Positions 50,527 to 64,000 of a stretch of DNA of 64,000 nt are shown here, one piece after another (position 1 is the first letter of the stretch; each line of letters begins with the position of its first letter). The translations under genes and the position numbers were made by a program. Under the pieces are notes generated by a model, which saw only the letters and a program-made list of their open reading frames with translations, was not told the origin of the DNA and made no database searches. The stretch is from contig OZ076411.1 in the NCBI GenBank assembly GCA_964187785.1, positions 56,916,001-56,980,000 of the forward strand, in the 5' to 3' direction. The DNA comes from Amphiscolops sp. MND2022. Lineage: Eukaryota.

Positions 50527-52559
50527 GTCACTTCCAGTACAGTGTTTCAAGAAATTCAACGACAGTTTCTGGCTGAATTCAGTGGCTTGGACCCTCTAAG
50601 TGTGTTACAGTATTTCAAGGTGCGGTTGATGCCAGTAGTGCGTGAACGTTTCATGGACAGATTGCCACACTTGCGTCAGGTGAGAAAAAAACTTCTTTTT
50701 CCGCTTTTTTTTGTTTGTTTTTGCGGTGTGTGTCGTTGGGGAATTTGTAGTCTGTGATGTGGTGACTATGGGGTCATTGTTATTGCCGTAGTAGTAAAAG
50801 GCACTGTGTGATTTTATAGTACGTACAATCTGGAGGAGACGACGTTAGCCAGTTAGCAAAAGTGTGTGGTGAAGTGGTAGAACATTGGAACGAGCTGGCT
50901 TTGCATTTTGTGAGCACCCGTCCTGCGATAACGTCAGAACTGATAGTGGTGACACCTCTTGAAAAGCAGGTGTTCGACGACGCTATGATTCGACCCCGAT
51001 TTGCAATCCTCCGACTAGTACTAGATCTGAGTGAGTATACTATGATTGTGTTTGGTCTAGTCAAAAAAAGGGACTGGGGGTGCTTTTTGGTGTTGTGTTA
51101 TTGACGCTGTTCGCGGAGTATAACGGTTCATTTCAGGAGTGTTTCGTATGGGTAGACTTGTTTATTGAATTTTGGTTGTGGTGTTTTAGTGGCAAAGCAC
51201 TGTGGACGAATATGTGGAAAAGGTCGCGATCGGAGACTAGTCGTAGAGCGTGAGTTGGCCCAGTTTATTCGCAGTCTGATGCAGTTCGTCTATCCAGCTA
51301 GTAGTATTCCAGCGGAGTACGAAATTGTAACTCTACTGAAAACCTTCGAGTGTGAATGTGCAGATGTCGATGCTAACTTATACCGATTACATTTTGGGCA
51401 GTTCTTCCGATTCGATATAAGTTCGCAGTTGCCGTTCTTCTACAAGTCTGTGCAAAAGTTGCTTGTTGCTCTGTGCAGGGGACTAACTACAATGTGGCAG
51501 CGAGTGTGGCCAAAGTACCTGAGTTTGACGCCGTTCGACCCTACTCTTATCCACAGAGGATCGGATGACCGACGCGTTGATGCGTTAGTTGAGACGTGTG
51601 CTGTCTTTACCAGTCATGGATTGTTGTATATGGGCAGTGGAGGTACAGTTCAACAGCAATATCTTGATGTCACCCAGTATTTTAAACGAAAGTGGATTGT
51701 TCAGCAGGATGAAGTGCCTGTAGTTGAAGACATAATTTCGATGTGGCTGTCATACCCTCATTGGGATCGATGCGGTCAATTGAGGCAAGTGCTGGACTTG
51801 GTTGTCGTCATTACTGTTAGCGGTACGCATGAGACTAACTTCGATGATGAAGCTCCTACCGCATTGGATGTAGATACCTTGTCATCTAGTCTACACTTAG
51901 TGAGGAGTTGGAGTTGGTTTACACACTCGTTTGTGGGACAAACACGCAAGAACTTACGAGGACTGTTACGCCTTTCGGAGTCGACTGATATGCTCGTGTC
52001 GAGGTTGTCCGACGGAGTGCGCGGAAAGCCCTGGGATCAACTGCTGAAGATAGGGCTCGATCATACTTTGGCGCGTTGTGTCAGCAGTTTGACAAATGAC
52101 CTTAGTTCTCCTGTTGTGCCTATGGTTGACGATTACAGGTCCGCAGTGTTGGCGCAGCTAAATGTTATGGAAGTTATCGCAACTAGCTCTGTCCGTATTT
52201 CAAGTAGTCCGAGAATGAAGGGATCAGCTGGTCCTTCCAAGAGAAAAGGAGCGCGTGTACAAGCTGCTGTGCAGATAACTACTGGAACGAGTGAAGTCGG
52301 CACCAGCGGGAAAACGGTTAAGAAAGTTGTGCGTCGTTCTGGCGCGAAAGGAAGAGGTCACGGTTCTAGTACTCGCGGGCAGCGTGGAAGAAGGACAGGA
52401 GGGAAACCGTGTAGTTCTAAGACTTTAGTCTTGTCTAGTTGTGCTAGTAGTCCAACAGCTCAGCTCATGGACAGAAGAAATCAACCACTAAAAGGAGGGC
52501 GAAATGGACGATTGCCGAATCATCAGATGAATTCTAGCGCTCATTGTTTTTGTTCTTGA
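50527..52559 (+). pseudogene. 5'-truncated copy of the antisense hAT-like gene
   Basis: Exon ends/starts at 50679, 50820-51030 and 51190-52559. 464-aa ORF with one change (SP>SS). Confidence 0.8.
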
Positions 52560-54035
52560 TGACTTGTAAACTTTTTCTTTGCTATGGACTTGTTTTTTGT
52601 TTCTCATTTCGTTGATTCTTGGTTCATGCTGCATACCCGTTGTGTTGTTTGTTGTAGTATTCAGTTATTGTTGGTACATGACCTTTATTTTTTTGTTTTG
52701 CTTTTGGCATCGTTACCAATCTGGAATTTACATGTTGCCTACGTTATACAAATTTTTTACATGTGGATTTTGTTAGCTGGTTTCAATTTGTCAGGAAGCT
52801 GAGTAGAGGTGTTTTTTGTTCCAGTGAGATTGCATGGTGGTTACTCACGTAGCCACCAATTAAGACAGAGTTTCATTCACGGAGGTTTACCCACAGGTCT
52901 CGGAAAGTGGTATTGACGCCCTGTGGTTACACCAAGGTGAATGAACGGAGCTGCACCGCTCCTTACCAATGATCGAACTAATGTCTTGCATGCTATATAT
53001 ACTCTAAGTGCGTGTGTTTTAACTGGTGTTTAATAACGTAGGTGTCTTTCTAAGGTGTCACTCGTTTTGCATTTTACATGTATTATTTTAGTTGTCAAGT
53101 TGAGCGTTAGCTCTGACGTCGTCAACGCTGATGTGTGTCATGAGACGTCATCACTTGTGACGTGTGTCAAATGTTAACGTCATATTAATGGAAAATGGGT
53201 TTTCCCATGTCCATTACATTTTTTGGCAAGGGACGGTGTGATCCATCCCTTGTTCCGAACTTCGGTTATGTGGTGATAGTGACTACTTGTATATTATACC
53301 GTTGTTCTTTCTGACACGAGGCGAAGCCTACGAATCACCAGTAAGAACAACAGCGTCACAACTTAAAGTCTAACGAGGGTGACGACTGCATGTTACTGTC
53401 CAGGGAAAGTGTTTTTGTTTTCGTTGATTGGGAAGGTTTTTGCCGTCGCAAAAACCCATACAAAACTAACACCGAATCCACTTGCTAAAGAGCAAGCTTC
53501 ATCTGAATGTTTGCACAACCACACAGACGCGCTTTTGATGACGCACCCATACAGCCGAACCACATCATGGTTTGTCAGGGCGGAAGTGTGAGTCTAGGTT
53601 CTGGCAACGTAACTTAAATGAGTCAGCGTCTTCTTTTATATTCTCAACTCTGGACTGTGACGCGTTTGAAAACAGTTTAGTTTAGTCGATTCAGGGTTGG
53701 TGGGCGTAGAATTGCAAAGCAATTCCTTTGAATTTGTGTGGTTGAAATTTTTTGTGAATTGCTTAAATTAGTAGCTCAATTGCATGTGTTTTACATGTAC
53801 TTAACAATCTCCGGTTAAAGTGATGTGGTGTATATGACTACATTACATGTGTTTACTTTCGCGCTCAGCTGATTCGGTAGAGAGTAACGCTTTACTCTGC
53901 CGGTAAACTAATTGTTGAGGACAGTGAGTATCAGTCGTCACTGAATGGTGGAAAGTAATTAGAAGAATTCGATGGTATGATAGTTGCATGTGGTGGATTA
54001 GACTACATTGGTTTGAATGCATGTATGTATTTTTT

Positions 54036-57000
54036 CTATTGGGTTGCAGATTTGCGTTGCATGAATTTTAAGAGTGCGGGTTTCGCTTGCAGTTCATGAA
54101 CAAGAAAGTTATCAAACGTTTTAGGCACGGGTGCCTCGCGAAGGCTGTATCGAGTAATATTGTTTCGTGTGATTGGCAGGGATGCTTCGGCAGATGATGT
54201 GGTCGATGCCTCATCATTATTTGGTTGGATACGTTGTTCAGGCTCGTGATCAGGGGACGGTATGTCTATTTCATCAGATTGATTTTCAGCTACAGATTGG
54301 TGCGTACGGTCAGTGTGAATGGTCTCAGGTAGAGGGTTTTGCGGAGGTGATACCTCGTGAACCCTTTTGTGTTCGTAATAGATTGTTCCATGCTCGGAGT
54401 CGATTGTGTCGGTTTCGTTTGTGTCTAGTTCCACTGTGTTTTCAGCCGACGGTGGCGTTTCGGGTGCAGGCAGACTATCGTTGAATATTGACTGATCGTC
54501 AATTGCGTCGGGGTCACTATAGTGACGGGATGCATCGTCGTGTAAATCCTCGATCGGATCATGTGGTACGAATGGGCGGAGCCGCATCCTATGTACACAC
54601 TGCGTTCAGAATGTACCGACTTTTCTGACAATATAATTCGATTGTGTCAAGACTTTGACAACTTTGTAAGGCCCTTCCCATTTGAATTAAGGGGTTCAGT
54701 AAAAAGACAAAGTCGTTTACTTTTAAGGGTGACGCTTGCGCTTTCCTGTCATAGTACGCCTTGTACTTATGGAAAGCACGGATTATGTTGGCATGGGTTT
54801 CTTTAAATTTGGTGTTCAGATTGTCCACTAACGACTGTGTATCGGTGGCATTTCTTGGTGGGCTGAGGGGGTTGCCAAATTTTAGGTCCAGTGCGTTGTA
54901 CGGTACACGGCCGTGGAAGACCTCAGTCGGTGAACATTTCAGAGTTTGATGGTAAGTTGTATTGTGTGCCATCACAGCGAGATTGATGTATCGGTCCCAT
55001 TGTGGGCGGTCTACAACGACGTTTATTTTCAGGATCTGTTTCAGGCGTTGATGTGATCTCTCGATCATCCCAATAGTTTGGGCGTGTTTAATCGTTGCGT
55101 GAGAGACTTTGATTCCAGCTTTGTTCATCAGTTCAGTTATGACTTGTGACGTGAAGACAGAACCTTTGTCAGTGATAATGTGCTTCGGTACGTATGCGTG
55201 TTTTGTGAAAATGTCTAGCAGAGCATCGACGATGGGCTTCGTGTCAGGTTTGCGGATCGGGATCGCAAACAGGTAACGCGAAAAATAATCACATGCCGTC
55301 AGAATGTGTGAGTACCCATTAGATCGCGGTAACTCACCTACGAGATCAATTTCGAGAACATCTTCAGGACCATTGCAGGGGTCATAAATTGGTTCGAGTG
55401 GAGGTATCAGTGTGTTCGGTCTTGCAGGTTTCGCTTTAATACATTCTTGGCAGTTGTTAACAAATATTTAGACTTTTTCGGTTAGGTTTGAGATGTAGTA
55501 CCTTTTTCTTAGTTCAATTAGCATTTTGGAAGCGCCAGGGTGTCCCTGCATGGGGTCGCCATGCATCGTCCTGATTATGGCTTCCGTAGATTCTGGAGGA
55601 ACTACAATTTGTTGGTAAGCTAGGTTTCCTACATTGTCAAAAAACTGCCTGTACAACACGTTGTTGACTACTTCAAGTCTTTTACGGTTTTTGAAAAGTT
55701 TCTGAAAAAAGGTACTTGCAAAGTTAACTTGGTTTGGAGGGAATTCTTGCGCAGTAAGCATCCTAATTACCCGTTGAACGTCACTGTTTTCGCCTTGAGC
55801 CTTAACAATTACTGAATCTCCTGAAGGGCATACCTGATTTACCATGTGAACCTGGTTCCGTTGGTAGAATCGAGTGAAGAAGAGTGTTGGGTCGGAGGGC
55901 GTTACAAATGGTTGAACCTGGGTTTTGATGTCATCGATGCGTCTACGGTATTGTTCGTCGTCTTCGTGACACCATTCAGGGAACATCGCCAGGAGTGACT
56001 GCATTGTCGGGTTTGGTGATGTTGTAGCGTCAGGCACATACACCTCTTCTGGGATGTATTCTTCCTCTTCGTCATCCTGCTTAGGTGTTTTTGAAGCCAG
56101 ATCAATTTCGACTTTGAAGACTGGTATCTCATCATGTAGTTTGAGGTGGATCCTGTCCTTCGGGTGGATGTCGATTCTAGACAGGTAGTCAGCAGCTGGA
56201 TTTTCGATACCAGGTACATGGGCCAGGACGAAGTCGAATTGGAGGGCTTGGTCGCAGTAGTTCCACAATTTTGGTGGTATTCGTTTAGACTGGAAGAATT
56301 TGGTGAGTGCCTTTGTTATCAGTCATAACAATCGTTGGTTTCTTCACTCCCCACAGGATGTGGGCGAACTCGTCGAATGCGAAGTGCATGGCTAGGAACT
56401 CCTTCGCGTACATTGTAAGTGACATCTGGCCCTCGGTGAACCTTTGAGATCCAAAGGCTACTGGCGCTTATGACTTCGTCGGTCCATCATTGGTTTCGGT
56501 GTAGTCTTCTATCAGGAGAACATAGCCGGCTGCGTGTTCGCTAGCATCACACATTATCACTAGCTGTTTGTCAGGAAGTGGTAATCTCAGTGACATCTTG
56601 GCAGCGTTTGCTAAGTTCTCATTGATGTCAAAGATCGCATCCTTGTGTATCTGGGTGAGTTCGTACTTGAAATCCTTCTGCAACAACTTGTATAGAGGAA
56701 CCAGTTTCTCAGCTAGTCTCGGGATGTACTGGCAATAGAACTGTACGAATCCAATATACCGTTGTCGTGACTTCACGGATGTTGGCAGTTTGATGTTCTT
56801 CAGGAATTGGTCGATTTTGTCTTCGATTGGAGCGATGCCTTTGGTAGTGATGCTTCTGCCACGGAATTCGATTTCGGGGTGACCAAAGGCACACTTCGCC
56901 ATTGACAGTTTCAGACCGGCCTGTCTGATTTTGGTGAATACTGCTTCAATGTTGTTGACCAGCTCTTCGGCAGTGTTGGCGACAATGCCGATATCGTCAG

Positions 57001-58740
57001 CGTATTGGGCGCATTTGTCTGCCTTGACCAAGGGTCCAAGTACTCACGAACTGTACTGTTAAAGGCTGACAGGGACCGGTTTAGACCCTGGGCTAGTCTG
57101 AGGAAGGCGAAGGTCCTACCTCCGAAGATGAACGCGAGCAACTGGACTGACTGTTCGTCCGCCATCTGGGGGCAATGGTATGCTTGCGAACAGTCCAATT
57201 TGCAAAAATAACGTTTGCCAGCCATGTGTTGCGCTGCATCGGCCATCGTTGTCACAGGGTGGTTGTGCTGGTTGTAATCATTCTTCAGTAGATGATTAAT
57301 TCTTCTAAGATCGACAAGGATTCTGAGTTTCCCGTTTGGCTTGCGTTGTGCGAAGATGGGCGAAGAGTATTTGCTATACGGTAATGTAGTGATGATACCG
57401 TACTCTTGCATCAGTGCCAATTCTACCAATAAATCGTCCTTCGAATTTGTTGGTGTGGGCAAGATTTGGGCGTAGACTGGATCGTCGTGTTTGGGAGTCA
57501 ACTTGATTTTGAATTCAGTGTTGATCCCAATGTCCAGTCTGTGTCTCGCGAAGATGTCGTGGTACTTGACCAATAATGCCTCAATCTCTTGCTTCTCATG
57601 AGGGTTCAGGATTGATTGTTCCCATCTGAAGTTCGCCAGGAATTCTTGTCGTTGTTCTTCACTCGAAGTTGGGTCCAGTTTTTCGTCCGTCCTGAGCTTG
57701 ACGATCTCGTCGTAGATTCGTCTTTCAATCTTGTTTAGCTTCGACGGGTCGTCGCATGTCTCAGGGGTAGGGTACCATCTCCTATCAGTTTTCTCGTTTG
57801 GGTCCTGAAAGATGTGGTTCAAAACTGCAGTAGCTTCGTCTGGGTATTGTGTGATCAGGTTGAGTTTGACATTTGTCACCGGTTGCAAGTTGTTCGCTTG
57901 TTTTGGAGTCATAATCTTGAATGACGCCACTGCTGTCCCCACATTGATCGTGATCTGGTAATCTAGTGTGTTGGTGATCTGCACGTGGGTGCGGCCCTCC
58001 CGGGTCTCGCTGAGAGCCGGAGATATCAGGAGGTGAGTACGTCGTTCGAAGGCGGGCAGTCCTTCTACGGAGCCAGTGATGTCCCCCAGATCACGTTCAA
58101 TCACCACTGGGACGAATACTTGTTGGTTAGGCTGGATCACCATTTTCTGAGTTGTTCTCAGCTCAAGTAGCTTGTTTTTGAATTTCCCGTTGACTGAGCG
58201 TAGTTGGAGGGTGATGTCGGGAAATTTCATTATGTTGTTTGCTAAGTCGAGGGTGACTGAGTATTTCTTGAAGAATGACATTCCGATGAGAACATTTCCC
58301 ATCATCGGGAGATCCATGAATGTTTCTTCGAAGACTTTGCCGCCAATGAAGAAACGCAGTAAAACCTGCTTTCTGACGGGGACGATGCTACCATTGGCGA
58401 TCTGGACTTTGAACTCTGGTGCGGGGAGTTCTTGGAGCAGGGCGGCTGGGTGTGCTGAGAGAATCCGCCGGAGTTCTGCTTCTGACAGTGCGCTCTGGAT
58501 CGCGCCAGTGTCGAGGAGACCAAAATTTTTATAAGCACGGAATTGGAGGGGTACATACAGCATTTTATCTTTTCTGTTGAGTTGCAATGTAGCACTCAAC
58601 TGACGGATTTCGTATTGTGGTCTCTTCCTTGGGTTGTGAGTTTTTGAGGACGTAGTTTGTTTGTCATCATTTGGCCGTTTAGGTGGCGTGTCGTCTTGCC
58701 GTATTGGTTGTACGTTGTTTGCTTCGGTACTTCGGTTCAT
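54036..58740 (-). pseudogene. pol: pol, duplicate copy
   Basis: Same motifs and same main lesions as 31655-36355. Confidence 0.95.
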
Positions 58741-58931
58741 CTCTTTTGGTTTGATTTTGTAGTTGTCAGTGGAATGTCTTGTAATGACGAAGTTTGTAGT
58801 CTCTTTAGTATAGGTTGAAGGACGGGACTGCCACCCCGTGTAGTTTCCAGTATGTAGTCGAGTCTGAGGAGTAGTTTGTTGTTGTTGGTTTAGTAGCGCA
58901 CTTTTGTAGGTTCGAGGAGGATGACGTGGCT

Positions 58932-60456
58932 TTAGAAGTTTTTTGGGTCTTCTACGTCATCGTGTTGTTCTATTTCATCATTGTCGTTGATGTTTTCCTC
59001 GCCAGTGTGGGACAGCTCATTGGTGGTGTATATTCTCTGGTTGTTCTGTCTAAAGTCCCTTCGGAATTGTTTGTTTTCTTCTGTTGATTGTTTGGTGTAC
59101 GGAACGCTTCTGTATGCTGAGGTGGTCGAGTTCCTGTGGTAACAGTCTCGGGCAGAGTGTCCCACCTTTCCGCAGATTTGGCACACGAGTTTTGAGTTGA
59201 ACTTGGATCGATTGTCTGGGTTCTGCGTAGCCGGGTTTGGTTGCTGGGTATTTTGGTTGGCGGTTTTGGCTTGCGCTTCTTCTCGCAGCCGTTTTCTGCA
59301 TTCCGCCCACTTGTGTCCATGTATGCCGCAATGACGGCATTGCCCGTCGAATTTTCTCTTCGTCTCTCGGATTTGTTGAGGTTGGGCTGTTGATGTCGGA
59401 GGAGTGGCTGCATTGGGTTGTGGTGCGCTTATCTGATTGAATGGTTGCGCACTGGTTGTGTTTGGGATGAGCTGGGCATATTGACATCTTCGTTGTACAA
59501 ATGTCCGGATCTCTTCCATCGATGCGTCGTGTTTTCCTGCCATGGCCAGTTCGTTTTGCATTTGGACGAGTAGCTTGGCGAACAGAAAGGTGTCGGTTAT
59601 GTCACTGGATTTGTCTCCAAATGCTTGTTTCGCCACCTTTTTGAACTTGTTGAGGAAGTCATCAAAGGTCTAGGTTGAAGGGTCGTAGCGCATCTGGTCA
59701 AACTTGTATTTGGCTACTTCTTTCAAGTCTTCTTTTGCGTATTCCTTCTTGAAGTAACGCAAGACTTGGGCCAATGTCGTCTGGTTCGTCATCTTCAGTG
59801 ATTGCCAAAGTTCAATGGCGTCGTCACGCAGCAGACTTTGGAAGTATGTCAGTTTCTGTTCTTCTGACAGTTTTTGCTGGTGTGGCCGAAGATGATTGAG
59901 CAGTAGATGCTCAAACTCATTATATTTTTCCCGATTTCCTCTGAATAGTGGGACTTGGGTTTGAAGGATTTTCGGATGTTGTACTGTGTCCGTCATAGTG
60001 TCCCCTAGGTGGTGGATTTCAGTGGACAATATAATCGAACTGGTGGGCGGGTGGTGGAGGGTATTGTGAAGTAGATTGTCGTGGTGGGTTCGGCAGAGGG
60101 TTAGTTTTTGAAACTCCTGTCACCATGTCGGAACGTGCACAGGTCTTGTCTGACGCTGTACACTGATTGTTCCCTTCTCCACTATTGGAGGATAACTTTT
60201 CAGTTAATGCCAAAACTAATCCAGTAAGATCGCTAATCTGTTTATTCATTTCTGAGAAGCATTGATCGATCGATCTTTGTTCTAAGTTGTAATTAGTACG
60301 GATAAGATTTCCATCGTGTAATTCGTCAATTTGGTCTCTAGAGAGGACCTCAGGGACACTACATTCACTTTCAGTATTGCTACTTCTGTCGTGTTTATCC
60401 ATTCCACTCATAAACAATGGGATAGAGCTTCTTCCTTGGGAACGAGTATTGACCAT
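58932..60456 (-). pseudogene. gag: gag, duplicate copy
   Basis: Second knuckle reads CQICGKVGHSARDC here. Confidence 0.9.
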
Positions 60457-61099
60457 TGTAAAGAACAAACGGAGTTTAAATATTTTATTGAGTGTTGATA
60501 GTAGTAGGTTGGAAATGTTGAATTTTGCAATATCAAGAACTGATGTGGTAAGCAACTGTACGTTATAACTACACAAAATCTACTGATGGTACTATATTTG
60601 CTGGTGTCAATTATGGCGACGTTGGTCACGTGACCACATCAACCAATCATATCATTGCGCACTTTCGCACCTTCGCTGGTAATTGCGCAATTACATCATA
60701 GCACGGGAATAAACTGCAATTGCGTTGTCATAGTTACATGACTCAATACTGGTGTTATGATGTGGTTACATTAATAGCATCATATGAGTGACCGATTAAT
60801 CTATATATTGACCACGAGACTAATAGTGTTGAAATGCAATCTAATGATGGTATGTCATCCACATTACTTTACTATCAACTAAAAATGATGCGAATTTAGT
60901 TTACAAAAAAAAGTGTATCAACTGTACGAAAATGGGTGAATGAGGCAAGGTTATTTATGGAAGTTCGAGTTTTGTGATGTGGTTTAGTTCACCACATTTT
61001 CACTTTCCATTTGCTGTTTGCTGGTTTCTTCTTCATCTTTTAATATGTAGGGTGATTTCCTACATTATTGTTTGTATTTTTCATGCGTCAGGCATGACA
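60126..61099 (-). repeat. 5' LTR, duplicate copy (974 bp)
   Basis: Same ends and same CCGTC flank as 37741-38714. Confidence 0.95.
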
Positions 61100-61730
61100 C
61101 CGTCAACCTTCGAAGATACTTGTTCATAGAGAGTTATTGATGTAAACATTCTTACAGGCAATTAACACCTCTCTAGCTAATAATTAAACAATTCAAGAGA
61201 TTTTCAAGGACCTATCAAAAAGTGCGGCGGCTCATCATCAAGTTGAGGAGAGGAATGTTACAAAAACGGAAGGTTCAGGAAAAGTTTAGAGCAAATTCGA
61301 AATTCTCCGCAGGAAATTCCCGCAGATTTGGGAAAGACATTATATTTTACTGACAACAAAAATTTATTCTGCTGAATCTCAAGACCAAAAACAGTCGCTC
61401 ATAAAGCAGTGATAAAAATTGTGAAGAAAATTTTTTTACAAAGAACTCACAACATGACATCACTTGAATCACTGTTGGAGATCTTTTCCCTCTTTGGTTA
61501 GCATCAACAACTGGTCATTAGACGAGGAGATGGAGGTAGAGTCCCCACGTTCCGTACAAGAATTTGAAGCCCAGGTAGACAGCGACACTCAAGACAAACT
61601 ACCCTTTCCTAAAGAAGAACACGCGTCGATTGCAGGAGAAAGTTGAGACCCACTGAGTGATCTGGTTGACTGGCTACCAGATAATCACCCCAAGTCATAG
61701 TTTGCAACAAATTCAGCAACAGTCTAAAGC

Positions 61731-62958
61731 CAGGGATGGAAACAGCCAAGCTGTATACAGCGCTGTATGCAGCCGTAGGCTGTTTGCTGTACGCACAACA
61801 AGTGGCTGTATATACAGTCACTGGCCGCGTGGGCGCGTAACAACGGATGAGATAAACTCATTCAATCATTTCTTGTTCATTTCCTTTCTGTTTCAAGTTG
61901 AGCAATGTAATGTCGCAGTTCTTGCAGTACGATAAAGCTGTTGAAGGTGATTCTGGTCACAAAACTTGCAAAAAATGCTCGATTAAAATTCGATTTACCA
62001 GACGAAACACTGGACACATTTGTGCGAATGTGGACACATTTGTTCAAGCGGGGCATATCGAGCGATACAGCCCTACCCGTTGGAACGCACGATTTGAAGA
62101 AATAAAATCATGCGTTCAGTAGGACTTAGGATCACCCTCTGAAAAAATTCTTTTTGCTCAATCAGTCAATATCCTCGAAACAATTTCGGCACAACTTATG
62201 GTACTGCAGTCAGATCAGGCCAATATCAGAGATGTACTGAACGTGTTTTCCCGAGTACATGAAAATTGGACAGAGAATGTTTCGATACAAGATAATGAGA
62301 AACGAAAGAATGTTTCACGAAGGGATGGGAGATGTTCGCAAATAGTCGCGTGGGGTCCCTAGGAATTTTCATCTCCACATTCCTCGGGTTATCAGATGAA
62401 ACGAGGTAATATCTGACTAGGGCGTACAGATCCGAAAACACAGGCTGTTTGAACTGGGTTCAACCCATGCTACCACCCGGACGATTTGAACAGTTTGAGG
62501 CGGAGCATCGCATTATTTTGGATAACGAAGTGCTCTGGCTGGCTATTTTGGTCAGTGATTTTGCAGTACATCAAACAATGGCCAGCGGTCTCCTGAAACT
62601 GACCATATCCGAGCCATGTGTAGAGAGAGCTTTCTCTCGTCATAAGTTGGTCCAGAGTCGGCTTCGTGTAAATATCAGTGCCGAATGATTGAACGGTACC
62701 CTGAACGATACAAATTTGAAACTATCCTAAAAAGTTCGCAATCGGAGCAGGAAGAAACTGAAAACTGGCGTGAGGTAAACACTGATAAAGATTACTAGTT
62801 TTTAAAATCATTATCATGCTGTTTCATGGTTACATTCACTCTTTACACCTACATAATTTTTATCTCTGAACGCTGCATACAACGCTGTTTACAGCTATAA
62901 TTCGGCTGTATTCTGTGTACAGCAAAACCGGCTGTATACAGCAAATCTCCCATCCCTG
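61731..62958 (+). mobile_element. Duplicate of the hAT element at 39346-40573
   Basis: Identical TIRs at offset 22385. Confidence 0.85.
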
Positions 62959-64000
62959 TCTATGTAGCAAGGTAAGGAGTATTGGAGTCACCACGGTGGC
63001 CACCCACACCAGACAGAGGTCATATATCAACGAGCAAAGGAACCCGTGGGCAGACGATCAGAATGCTTACTAGCCACATAATAAACAAATTACTGGAGTG
63101 GCGGTCAGCACTTGTGGGTGTTACAGCCAGCCTAATCAAGTAGTCCATGAAGATTGGATGGTATGGCAAATCACTCGAGCACTTTTGAGAGGAAATTACG
63201 CTTATGCATCGGCTTGGCGAGACCTAGAAGCAAAAGTTAAGGAGAAGAAACGCGTTCCCGGCTGAGATGCATGTTGGGATTTTCGTCCTCGTACCCCAGG
63301 GAGTGTCGCAGGCTGCCGCTTGTGACGGCAACAGGTAACATGTAACCCCATGCGACAACACTGATACCAAAATGCCCTCAGGAGTCCTACCGTTTTGAAG
63401 AGACCACTAGTCCAACCGGCTGGAGAAGCTATTTTAAATTATATGGCCTTTAATACCTTATTGGAACCTTGCAATTTGTTACGTTAATTACAATGTAAAG
63501 TAACTTAGTCATGTAATTGCGTTTTATATTAATGTGAAACAGTACACTCCGATTTTGATCAGCATGAACTTTACTGGTGCAAAAATCTAAACTTTATTAC
63601 AATCATAAAGTAAAAGCGTCCGAATTACTTCTTGCTCTAGCTAACTCGAAGTGCAGGTTTTTGAAAAGGTTGACCAATTGGAAAAAACTCCAGTTGTAGC
63701 CAAACGGATGATATGTACATTATGTCAATAGAACGCCTGGTGTGATATGCTAATCACTATAGGTAATGTAAACGAAACTGTGGTGTCAGTTCAACTCAAA
63801 ATGCTTTTTCCCTTTCTACCATATCTTCCCTTTGAAGTATTTAGTCGATGCTATTTTCAACCCTACTTGAAGATGACAAAAGCGTGATGTCAGTTTTTGG
63901 TACAATTTTTATCCCAATTTTGACCTAATTTTGTTTGTTTGGCTGGTCACAATTGACCGATGGACACAATTCTGATACTCTGAGTTACAATCATACTGCT

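Larger units (their letters stand above)
50527..64000 (+). repeat. Near-identical second copy of 28146-41615 (offset 22381-22385)
   Basis: All ORFs recur at the same offset. Junction GTCACTTCC at 50527. Runs off the window end. Confidence 0.97.

Overview
AT-rich eukaryotic (probably animal) DNA made almost entirely of nested transposable elements. No host gene is confidently identifiable. The centrepiece is a full-length ~14.9 kb Ty3/Gypsy LTR retrotransposon on the minus strand (23790-38714; 973/974-bp LTRs, CCGTC target-site duplication). It has a decayed gag-pol and an env-like remnant, and carries an antisense, multi-exon gene with GT-AG introns. I can splice that gene by hand into an uninterrupted ~900-codon frame resembling a catalytically dead hAT transposase (BED-like zinc finger). 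An older, divergent Gypsy (gag-pol on plus, ~6266-13200) has a degraded homolog of this gene in the same antisense arrangement (14442-17762). The window also holds a third Gypsy with a 5x ~1.16 kb internal tandem array, a ~22.4 kb-period duplication (28146-41615 repeated at 50527-64000), a 2.78 kb tandem duplication, several hAT elements/MITEs, a CCC-ended MITE, a probable solo LTR and a tRNA-like SINE head. All protein family assignments are by-eye motif recognition, not database searches.
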